40,912 nucleotides of DNA from a virus (taxonomy: Duplodnaviria > Caudoviricetes), in the IMG/VR virus record IMGVR_UViG_3300037461_000370, positions 1 to 40,912 of that record, one strand, 5' to 3'. This document shows positions 1-7,229 of the stretch, in pieces (positions within the stretch are counted from its first letter, which is position 1; each line of letters opens with the position of its first letter). Both the position numbers and the translations under genes were made by a program. The notes beneath the pieces are model-generated. The model had not been told where the DNA came from. It made no database searches and saw only the letters and a program-made list of their open reading frames with translations.

Positions 1-801
1 CTCTCTTACTGCTACCTCGCCTATCGTTGAAGTTCCTGATGCTTTGCTCTGTCCTTGACCTTTCCCTGGTTGGAATGTCTTTTCTTTAGTTATATCCATT
101 ATTCCAACGCTTTCTGCCTGTTCTTGGGCCAAACAGGGGCCCCCTGTTATTGGGATACCATCTCCGTTCAGTGTGAATCCACTTGGCAATTGTGGTAATG
201 GAATCTTTGGGAGTTTATCGAACCCAAATATCTTATACAATTCATCTATCTTTGTCTTTGCTTCAGTCCAGTCTTCATTAGTTAATTCCCATCCTACTTC
301 TTGCATTTTCTTTGTGATGTCATTTTTTCCACTGAATTCTTCAGCTTCTTTATCTTCAGGATTGAATCCATGGAAACCTTCAGCATTTAGAATTCCTCTG
401 CACATTACTCTATGGGGTAAATCAGCAGTTTTGGTGCGTTCCTCAAACAAATCTTTGAATTGGATTATCATATGCTTGTAGAATTCATGTATATTCGGTA
501 GTAGACTAAAATTTATTTCGTCTATTCTTATATCTTCACATGCATTGAGTATCATGAACTTGTGGCCGTCATCATCAGTTAACTTTGCTACTGGGATAGA
601 TTTAGTATGTTTCAGATGTGCTGCCTCATGCATTAACTGTGCTATTGCTGCATATACGTTTTCCTCCTTCACTGTATCTGGCAGAATTATTTCATTCGTC
701 TCCAGGCATGCTTGCGGACAGGCGTTGGCTTCAAATCTTATCCTTACCTTTTGTGTATGTGCTATCCACTTGGCGAGTATTTCATATGTTCTCATATTCA
801 T
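1..801 (-). CDS. CobT-like/vWA-partner protein, N-terminal HEXXH metallopeptidase-like domain (3' end runs off window)
   Basis: Manually translated (absent from ORF track): MNMRTYEILAKW...QLMHEAAHLKHT...ILNACEDIRID, open to base 1. Starts 1 nt after the AAA+ gene stop. HEXXH plus N..ED.RI is typical of CobT-like partners of CobS ATPases. Confidence 0.7.
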   Translation of the reverse strand, partial: MNMRTYEILAKWIAHTQKVRIRFEANACPQACLETNEIILPDTVKEENVYAAIAQLMHEAAHLKHTKSIPVAKLTDDDGHKFMILNACEDIRIDEINFSLLPNIHEFYKHMIIQFKDLFEERTKTADLPHRVMCRGILNAEGFHGFNPEDKEAEEFSGKNDITKKMQEVGWELTNEDWTEAKTKIDELYKIFGFDKLPKIPLPQLPSGFTLNGDGIPITGGPCLAQEQAESVGIMDITKEKTFQPGKGQGQSKASGTSTIGEVAVRE

Positions 802-802
802 A

Positions 803-1930
803 TTATCCCTCCATCAATTCTTTCCATACTGCCTCTGCAATTCTCATGAAACTCTCCTTTGCTTTCGGCTGACTGATTGCTTCCAATATGCTTGCCAATC
901 CGTCTTCAATTGCATGCCGCAATGGTAACCCATGTAACCACAAATCAACTACATTATTTAATTGTCTGATGCTGATATCAACAGGTATGTTTGCTTTCTC
1001 AATAGTCTCAATGATTGCAAAATAATACTTGGTAAAATTATCTGTATCTTGGTCAGTCAATTGAGTAAATTTCTTTTTAATCGCTCCACTTATTTCCTTC
1101 TTCGTGAACTCTGGATAAGTTATGAATGTGCATCTACCTAAGAAATTACTCTGCTTAATATTACCACCAATATACTTGGCACTCTTTGGATTCTGTGCAA
1201 ATCCTATTCTGCAATCTGGATGTAACTTATATATCTTACCATTACCATCATCTGCATCCCTTATGAACAACTCTCTATTCTGTAATAGTGCATGGAAATC
1301 ATAGGTATTGGCATTACTGATTGCATTGACTTCATCAAATAGATGCACGCTTGGTATCTGGCTAGTCCTTACAAACAATGATTCTTTAAATTTGATGCTC
1401 CCATTCATAATTGTCTTATCCCCATACATTTTGGATAGCTTGAAATCTTCATAGCAGGAATACAGGAAGAATGGCATCTGATATTTGAACGCATAATATT
1501 CATGGCCGAATGTCTTTCCAGTGCCTTGTTTGCCTTGAGTTATCGGATACTTGCCTGAATTATAATGGACTGCTAATCTCTTATCAACATCCCTTTCAAT
1601 ATAGCAATCGAATCTTCCAGCCTGCGGAATGAATTGCTTGAATTCGTCTGGTATAGTATATTGTTTTACTGCCACTACTTCTTGCATTCTCCTCCTCACG
1701 CTCTTTGGTTCTTCTGGCTCTGGCGGTTTGGTTTCTGCAACGAATCCACCTGACAACGGCTTTCCCATCTGGATAAATCTGCCTCTAATCGTTGATTCAT
1801 CTAATTGTATATTATACTGCGTTTTAACTTCTCCTGCAATCTGCCATGCTCTAATCTTTTGATTCGGATTTGCTTGTTCAAGTTTCAACCTTATTTGTTC
1901 CAGTTCTGTATCTGTTAAAGTCTTTGTCAT
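803..1930 (-). CDS. CobS/MoxR (CbbQ/NirQ/NorQ-like) AAA+ ATPase with possible N-terminal HTH
   Basis: Walker A GKQGTGKT, Walker B HLFDEVN, sensor/Arg finger FAQNP...FLGRC, C-terminal ISIRQL. Likely start ATG at 1930 after AAGGAG (ORF track extends to 1984). Confidence 0.85.
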   Translation of the reverse strand: MTKTLTDTELEQIRLKLEQANPNQKIRAWQIAGEVKTQYNIQLDESTIRGRFIQMGKPLSGGFVAETKPPEPEEPKSVRRRMQEVVAVKQYTIPDEFKQFIPQAGRFDCYIERDVDKRLAVHYNSGKYPITQGKQGTGKTFGHEYYAFKYQMPFFLYSCYEDFKLSKMYGDKTIMNGSIKFKESLFVRTSQIPSVHLFDEVNAISNANTYDFHALLQNRELFIRDADDGNGKIYKLHPDCRIGFAQNPKSAKYIGGNIKQSNFLGRCTFITYPEFTKKEISGAIKKKFTQLTDQDTDNFTKYYFAIIETIEKANIPVDISIRQLNNVVDLWLHGLPLRHAIEDGLASILEAISQPKAKESFMRIAEAVWKELMEG

Positions 1931-1987
1931 TTGTCTCCTTTCTGGTTTTCCAGAAGCGACGCTACGTACGCCTTTTACTTCCATTCC

Positions 1988-2166
1988 ACTCCAGCGCTAC
2001 GCTTGCTGGAGTCTCATTTTTTCATGGCTCACTCCGCTGGAAAACGTTCCTTTGCCTTTTATCTTTAGACTTATCTTTTCTCCCAGTCCTGAATTGTTGG
2101 ACCCTGCAGCCATACGCTAGTTCTCCCATTCTTCTCATCAACTTCATCGCTACGCTTGATGAAGTT
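1988..2166. repeat. Two perfect hairpins sharing the identical 9-nt loop GCTACGCTT
   Basis: actccagc-gctacgctt-gctggagt (1988-2012) and aacttcatc-gctacgctt-gatgaagtt (2140-2166). Confidence 0.85.
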
Positions 2167-2218
2167 TCTATCATTCTCTCCCGAACTACCTCCTGGCTTC
2201 CGTGTCCGACAATTCTTT

Positions 2219-2884
2219 TCATACTACTTTTATCCGTTTTGCCTTTGTTGCTTGTGGCATTTGTGCTTGTATCTCTGTTGGTGTGCCTTCCTGTAAATGC
2301 TGGAATATCTTTTCTTCCTTGAACACTCCAATCTCTAATCCCCATTTACTATTATCTATCTTTATCGCTCTGATATATCCATCGCTTGCGATAAATCCAC
2401 GGCTTGATGTGCAGAATTCACCTCTTGCGACTACTTGATTATCATACAGATATTTCCATAATTTGTGCATACCAGATAGATTAGCTTGCTTTGCCCTCTC
2501 TCTATCAAAGTCTTTTTTCATTCCGTTATCATCTGGACTCAATTCATAATATGCACCTATTATATACTTATCCGTATAATTCTGCATTGGCTGATAACCT
2601 TGGATATCAAATACCTTTGTTTGTTCTATTTCACTCACTTCTTGGCCGTTATAATAGAACTTCAATTCATTCTTGCTGAATTCCATCCCTTTGTCATCAA
2701 CCCAACGTCTCTGCGTATCTCCTGGCATCAACGCTTTGCCTTGGTACCATGTTCTCTCCTTTGCTATTGTTCCGTTCGGAGTCTTTGCTTCAATCTCTAA
2801 CTTCTTCTGTTTGGACATATTTTCATATCTAACGTTGAAGTTATGCCCATTTGTTTGGTCTGTTATCTGTAATTTGTATGACAT
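2219..2884 (-). CDS. Divergent Ku-like DNA end-binding protein (tentative)
   Basis: EQTKVFDIQGYQP..YTDKYIIGAYYELSPD and KLWKYLYDNQVVARGEF..RGF...GYIRA align by eye with the prokaryotic Ku core (K.I.I..FVP..I...Y...YYL.PD / LL..A.....VAIA.F..R....A.LRP). Basic C-terminal tail; GGAGG RBS. Confidence 0.55.
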   Translation of the reverse strand: MSYKLQITDQTNGHNFNVRYENMSKQKKLEIEAKTPNGTIAKERTWYQGKALMPGDTQRRWVDDKGMEFSKNELKFYYNGQEVSEIEQTKVFDIQGYQPMQNYTDKYIIGAYYELSPDDNGMKKDFDRERAKQANLSGMHKLWKYLYDNQVVARGEFCTSSRGFIASDGYIRAIKIDNSKWGLEIGVFKEEKIFQHLQEGTPTEIQAQMPQATKAKRIKVV

Positions 2885-3097
2885 CTATTCCTCCTTAAAA
2901 TATCTCTTGCAATGCGGACATTTTTTATTACCTTCTAATTTCATTAATGCACTCTCTACATATTTGTATGAGCGCAACATCACTCTGTTATTCTTTGTAT
3001 ATCGTTCATTCTTATTTAGCCATTCATTCAATACATCAGCCATCTCTTTATGCTCAAATACATTGAATTGGATTGGTTTTTGGCGTTTATTTGGCAT
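2885..3097 (-). CDS. Hypothetical protein with C-terminal CPHC motif
   Basis: 70 aa, AGGAGG RBS, abuts both neighbours. Confidence 0.7.
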   Translation of the reverse strand: MPNKRQKPIQFNVFEHKEMADVLNEWLNKNERYTKNNRVMLRSYKYVESALMKLEGNKKCPHCKRYFKEE

Positions 3098-3336
3098 TAG
3101 TATCCTCCTTTCAATAATTTTATTGCATCTTCAACGGCCTTTGCTACCGTTATTCCTAGACTTTTTATAGTATCTATATTTGCTTTTATCATGTTTATTG
3201 CATGCTCAAATCCTTTGCCATGGTTCTTACCATTGCAGAAACAGTGGCAATCTGTTCCTTTTGCATTGTAGCATCTTGCATCGCATGTATGTGTACGCTT
3301 TGCTCCATCTGGTTTGTATCTTAATAATGTAGCCAT
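3097..3336 (-). CDS. Small Cys/His-rich putative Zn-binding protein
   Basis: CDARCYNAKGTDCHCFCNGKNHG motif; AAGGAG RBS. Confidence 0.75.
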   Translation of the reverse strand: MATLLRYKPDGAKRTHTCDARCYNAKGTDCHCFCNGKNHGKGFEHAINMIKANIDTIKSLGITVAKAVEDAIKLLKGGY

Positions 3337-3338
3337 CT

Positions 3339-3518
3339 CTATCTCCTTTCATGGTCTGGGTCATCTGGATCATATTCTGGTGCTTCCATATCTACTATCT
3401 CTATTGTGTACATTCCGTTAGCTAACATCTCACTTGCCTTTCTCACTGCATCCTCCCTGCATGTTGCTTCAATTGAATCTTCATCCAAGCTCACGCTCAC
3501 TACATACCTGAAGTTCAT
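3339..3518 (-). CDS. Hypothetical acidic protein (59 aa)
   Basis: Manually translated MNFRYVVSVSLDEDSIEATCREDAVRKASEML...; fills the gap exactly, AAGGAG RBS. Confidence 0.65.
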   Translation of the reverse strand: MNFRYVVSVSLDEDSIEATCREDAVRKASEMLANGMYTIEIVDMEAPEYDPDDPDHERR

Positions 3519-3519
3519 C

Positions 3520-4287
3520 TTAACTCTCCTTCTTGATAAATACTGGATGTCTTAATCCTCCAGTATCCAATACGCCTTGATGTTCTACTGTGACTATTGA
3601 ACCTACTTTCAAATTGCATTTATCCTTTGGCATGCATTTGACGCCAACGCCTCTTCCATTCACATCTACTTCTATCCTGTCTTTAACTGGGTCTATTATT
3701 GTTACTCTATAATCATTCTGGTCTTTCTCTTTAACCTTGACCCAATTGCACGGGCCAGTCCTATATGGCTCATGCATATTCTTTACAACGATCCCTTCAT
3801 ATCCTGCTTGTATTGCGTCTTGGAACGCATCATCTACATCTTCTTGATTCATTACTACCTTTGGTTCTACTCCTTTCAATGTATGCACCAGCATTTCTTT
3901 TCTTTCTATCAATGGTTCAAACTTGACTACCTGTTCATTTATTATCAGTACATCAAATGGCACGAATTTAATTTCATTCTCATTAGTTTTGTTGCTCAAC
4001 AATTTATACAAATCTCCTTGCTTGCCATCATGGTATATTAGTTCTCCAACTAGCACCATGTCTTTAACTCCTAATGGTACTATTTGTTCTAAGGCATTCC
4101 AATTATACCGCATAGTCCCATGTTTATTAATTAGATAGCACACACCGTTATCAGTATAATGGAATTCATTTAACTCACCATCTAGCTTGAGTTCTGCGAA
4201 TGCTGGGAATCTTATGGCACCCAGGCTCCCTCTTAATTCTGGAAATGGTATTTTCTTCTGTCCCCTCATTATATCCATCTTCATCAT
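3520..4287 (-). CDS. Minimal ATP-dependent DNA ligase (adenylation + OB domain)
   Basis: Motifs I ELKLDGE, III VGELI, IIIa FVPFDVL, IV EGIVVK, V WVKVKEK, C-terminal LRHPVF. Start chosen at ATG after GAGGGAG; exact start uncertain. Confidence 0.9.
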   Translation of the reverse strand: MMKMDIMRGQKKIPFPELRGSLGAIRFPAFAELKLDGELNEFHYTDNGVCYLINKHGTMRYNWNALEQIVPLGVKDMVLVGELIYHDGKQGDLYKLLSNKTNENEIKFVPFDVLIINEQVVKFEPLIERKEMLVHTLKGVEPKVVMNQEDVDDAFQDAIQAGYEGIVVKNMHEPYRTGPCNWVKVKEKDQNDYRVTIIDPVKDRIEVDVNGRGVGVKCMPKDKCNLKVGSIVTVEHQGVLDTGGLRHPVFIKKES

Positions 4288-4405
4288 CTCCCTCAAATTC
4301 TGGTGTTAAATCCTTACCGCAGAATGAACACCAATAGAACCAACTGTCTTCATAGTAGTCGGTTAGAATCTCTCTACTCCCGCATTTTGTGCATTTATCT
4401 ATCAT
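4175..4405 (-). CDS. Zn-ribbon protein
   Basis: CTKCG...WCSFCG; GAGGTGG RBS; 3' part overlaps the ligase start. Confidence 0.6.
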   Translation of the reverse strand: MIDKCTKCGSREILTDYYEDSWFYWCSFCGKDLTPEFEGDDEDGYNEGTEENTISRIKREPGCHKIPSIRRTQARW

Positions 4406-4406
4406 G

Positions 4407-4562
4407 TTACCACCTCTTTGTTATCACTTTGTTCTCCAAATCATCCAATCTCTCCGTTATCAACTTGATTGTATTTGACATCTCTTGTAGTAGGTTTGCG
4501 ATTGATTTAATGACTTCTGTTTGCGCTTCAACCAATGTCTTTAATACTATTAATTCATTCAT
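4407..4562 (-). CDS. Small coiled-coil hypothetical protein (51 aa)
   Basis: Manually translated MNELIVLKTLVEAQTEVIKSIANLLQEMSNTIKLITERLDDLENKVITKRW; AAGGAGGAG RBS. Confidence 0.65.
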   Translation of the reverse strand: MNELIVLKTLVEAQTEVIKSIANLLQEMSNTIKLITERLDDLENKVITKRW

Positions 4563-4657
4563 TTCTCCTCCTTGGTATTGAAAAGTGCTAATGCAAGTTG
4601 ATATCTACTGTTGGAATAATCCCATTCCTTAGTACTTCTCGCATATCTTTGCTATAT

Positions 4658-4894
4658 TCATTTTGTTCCTCCTTTTATTGTTTGTTCTGCTTTCTCCAAT
4701 AATGTCACCAAATCAGATATTAACGCTACTGGCATTGCTGTGCCTTTCTTGGTTGGTTGGTAATCTTGTCCGTTCGCTGGCAGGAAATAATCCCTGATGT
4801 CTATGTACTTATTGCCTTTGAATTCTGTAATGCGTATCTTGGTTACTATCTTTGTATTCTTGGTTAGTTGGCCTACTTCAATATGGTTATCCAT
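4658..4894 (-). CDS. PC4/YdbC-like ssDNA-binding protein
   Basis: ITEFKGNKYIDIRDYF...PTKKGTAM matches the PC4 family pattern (EF.G..Y.DIR.YY...P.KKGI.L). Confidence 0.85.
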   Translation of the reverse strand: MDNHIEVGQLTKNTKIVTKIRITEFKGNKYIDIRDYFLPANGQDYQPTKKGTAMPVALISDLVTLLEKAEQTIKGGTK

Positions 4895-5093
4895 TGTGTG
4901 CCTCCTTCATTCTTTTCATTTCTTCCTTTTCATATTTTTCTACTACTTCTTCTGTGAACTCACAATACTCACATATCCCTGCGCATGGATGCCATTCGTT
5001 ATCTATTTTGCATAGTGCATCTGTACTCATTTCATCAATGCTTTCTGCGTTTCCGCAAGCATGATTACCATCTGGTAGACTCATCTTAATCAC
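4887..5093 (-). CDS. Small Cys-rich hypothetical protein
   Basis: 68 aa, CAGICEYCEF; GGAGGTGA RBS; overlaps neighbours. Confidence 0.6.
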   Translation of the reverse strand: MIKMSLPDGNHACGNAESIDEMSTDALCKIDNEWHPCAGICEYCEFTEEVVEKYEKEEMKRMKEAHNG

Positions 5094-5292
5094 CTCCCAT
5101 ACCGATATTTCTCAAATATAACAATACTAATTCCGCGTAATCAGTTAATACATTGGTATTTTCAAATACAAATTTAGATACACCTTTCTTTCTTGCGTTA
5201 TGGTATATCTTATTGAATTTTCTATATTTACTCTTATCAAATCCTATCGTGGTATACTCATTTCTTGACATAGTGCTTCCTCCAATTGCCAA
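5086..5292 (-). CDS. Hypothetical protein
   Basis: 68 aa; probable start at MSRNEY after GGAGG. Confidence 0.55.
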   Translation of the reverse strand: MAIGGSTMSRNEYTTIGFDKSKYRKFNKIYHNARKKGVSKFVFENTNVLTDYAELVLLYLRNIGMGGD

Positions 5293-5645
5293 TATTTTTT
5301 GATATAGTTCTTTGTCTCATCTGGTATCATCTTACCATTCTTTACATAACTTATCCCTGCGTTGTATGCTATCAATATATTCTCTTTTGTTACTGGTTTA
5401 CCATAATGTTTAATCATCTGCGGTATCCTTACATTCAGATACCATCTTGCTATCTCTTTGTTTATCTCTGGTAGGAACAAATGGTCTGGATTATACTTAT
5501 GCTTATGTTTGTTATTATATTCTTGCAATACTACAGGCCGAATCTGGCATAATCCTCTTGCTTGACTCTTTTTGTTATACGCGTATGGATTACTATTGCT
5601 CTCTATCACTATTATTATCGCTAATATCACCAGATTGTTCATCAC
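5244..5645 (-). CDS. SLT-family lytic transglycosylase with hydrophobic N-terminus (candidate endolysin)
   Basis: Catalytic IES motif, ARGLCQI, AYNAG, ETKNYI; N-terminal LVILAIIIVI; AGGAGG RBS. Confidence 0.85.
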   Translation of the reverse strand: MMNNLVILAIIIVIESNSNPYAYNKKSQARGLCQIRPVVLQEYNNKHKHKYNPDHLFLPEINKEIARWYLNVRIPQMIKHYGKPVTKENILIAYNAGISYVKNGKMIPDETKNYIKKYWQLEEALCQEMSIPR

Positions 5646-5707
5646 ATTCCTCCTTTGCTAACATTTCAACGATATGCCTGTACTTCTCATCTCCATGATA
5701 TTCCATA

Positions 5708-5983
5708 TTATACCTCCATATGCCTATCTATAAATTCTTCCAATGTCTCCTCTGGCCTAATCTTATATCCTCTGTTCACCAATTCTGCAACTCTATTCAT
5801 TAACTGGCCTTCTTTCCATGTTTCAATGGTTCCGAATCTTATCACCTTTGTATCCATCATCTGTTCCCTTGGTACATTATGCCTATCGAAACATGCCGTT
5901 GTCTTATATAGATATGACCCTGTCTCTTCATCCACTTCAAATTTCTCCATAAACTCACTATTCAGCATTTTCATTCTTCTCAT
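5708..5983 (-). CDS. Hypothetical protein
   Basis: ORF track 5708-6001; AAGGAGG precedes the internal ATG (MRRMKML), so start is approximate. Confidence 0.6.
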   Translation of the reverse strand: MRRMKMLNSEFMEKFEVDEETGSYLYKTTACFDRHNVPREQMMDTKVIRFGTIETWKEGQLMNRVAELVNRGYKIRPEETLEEFIDRHMEV

Positions 5984-6130
5984 TGAATACCTCCTTCTCA
6001 ACTACTATCAATCTCTTCTCTAACTCATTTATCTCTACATGCAATTCATGCATTGTATCCCATATTTTATCTAACTCTTTCATATAGTCTTCCATCTGCG
6101 CCTCCGTTGGTTTGGTTAAACATTGATAAC

Positions 6131-6172
6131 TAAAATAAGAGAGAGTAGAATAGTTTCCTATCCTACTCTCTC
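6131..6172 (-). terminator. Rho-independent terminator
   Basis: Minus strand gagagagtaggatag-gaaa-ctattctactctctc followed by ttatttta, just after the stop of the 6177-6347 gene. Confidence 0.75.
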
Positions 6173-6176
6173 CCAG

Positions 6177-6347
6177 TTAGAACTCTATTGCCTTATTATC
6201 ATTGATACTTGATTGTCTCTTTGGAAATACTATCCCTGAATATACTGTACCTTCTACTGTGACTTCTACTAATACTCCTGTCCATGTCTTATCTGGATTC
6301 TTCTTCTGTTTGCCTGTCAATAACTGTGCTTTGAATGTATTCTGCAT
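6177..6347 (-). CDS. First leftward gene, 56 aa hypothetical protein
   Basis: Manually translated MQNTFKAQLLTGKQKKNPDKTWTGVLVEVTVEGTVYSGIVFPKRQ...; very strong GGAGGAGGTGA RBS, TATAAT boxes just upstream, own terminator. Confidence 0.75.
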   Translation of the reverse strand: MQNTFKAQLLTGKQKKNPDKTWTGVLVEVTVEGTVYSGIVFPKRQSSINDNKAIEF

Positions 6348-6519
6348 TGTACTCACCTCCTCCCTTGCTTATATTATATTTTATTATAGCTGCGTAGCGT
6401 CCTCACGAATAGTGGGACGCGTAGCAGCATTCCAACGCTCCAACGCCTACCCAGGTACTGGATTTATACCCCCCCCTCTGTGGGGCCGTGACCACCGTCC
6501 ATATTTATTTCTCCCCAGT

Positions 6520-6539
6520 TTTTCCACAGTTTTTCCACA
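6520..6539 (+). promoter_or_regulatory. Two tandem DnaA-box consensus matches
   Basis: TTTTCCACA at 6520-6528 and 6531-6539, both fit TTWTNCACA; 11-bp period. Confidence 0.5.
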
Positions 6540-6577
6540 GGATATCGTCTAAATCTATTGAATTTCAACAAATTACC

Positions 6578-6606
6578 TTGACAATTGAATATTATTATGT
6601 TATATT
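6578..6606 (+). promoter_or_regulatory. Sigma70-type promoter for the rightward packaging/structural operon
   Basis: TTGACA (6578-6583), 17 nt spacer ending TGT, TATATT (6601-6606); extra TATAAT at 6610-6615. Confidence 0.75.
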
Positions 6607-6677
6607 TTGTATAATAAACAGGTGGAGAATTATATACAGATTACTGTCTGTACGTGATTCTCCGCTTTTTTTTAAAT

Positions 6678-7229
6678 ATGCCCAATCTCAAACCTGAACA
6701 TTACAAGGCGCTGGAGTTATTCGAGGAAGGTACTCTGTCTATCAAGGAGATCGCCGCTTCCTGTAGTATCCCGTTGGATTCAATGTATGATCTGATTGAG
6801 GGCGATACTAGCAATTTGGGCGATATCGCTGTTTTGTTCAAGGCAGAGGTAGATAAGATAACAGTTAGGTCGGGGCAGAAGATACGAGCTCTAGTCAAGG
6901 ATAACAAGAAATTAGCCTTACTGGAGCTCAATGATTATTTACGGCACTTGCGGGGCAAGAAGAGTAAGAGTAAAGGTTGGAAGATGGAAATAGACAGGGT
7001 CATCAGGTTGATTGCTTCCCTGTCCAAGACAACCCCTTCCGTTGAAATTGGCTCATTCTCATACACTCAGGGGTTGAACGCAGAGGATTTGATACATGAA
7101 TTTAACAGACTCCATTCGCTTGCAAGACATGCACTTGACGGAAAAGGAGTTCTTGGCGTTGACTCGCCAGGAGCAGGAGAATTACCTGAAGTTGCTCCAG
7201 GACGAGATTACGTTCAGGAAGAGTCGTAG
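6678..7229 (+). CDS. terS: Putative terminase small subunit (N-terminal HTH)
   Basis: KALELFEEGTLSIKEIAASCSIPLDSMYDLI HTH pattern; directly upstream of and overlapping terL. Confidence 0.65.
   Translation: MPNLKPEHYKALELFEEGTLSIKEIAASCSIPLDSMYDLIEGDTSNLGDIAVLFKAEVDKITVRSGQKIRALVKDNKKLALLELNDYLRHLRGKKSKSKGWKMEIDRVIRLIASLSKTTPSVEIGSFSYTQGLNAEDLIHEFNRLHSLARHALDGKGVLGVDSPGAGELPEVAPGRDYVQEES

Noticed and set aside
1-1930. Cobalamin biosynthesis (cobST) auxiliary metabolic genes
   Set aside because: No cobN or other cob genes; the family resemblance does not imply cobaltochelatase function.
2022-2345. 107-aa minus-strand ORF
   Set aside because: Overlaps the Ku-like gene and runs through the hairpin region; a shorter 2022-2222 version is possible but unsupported.
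173-6697. Plus-strand ORFs across the left arm
   Set aside because: Antisense to well-supported minus-strand genes with RBSs; composition reflects strand skew.
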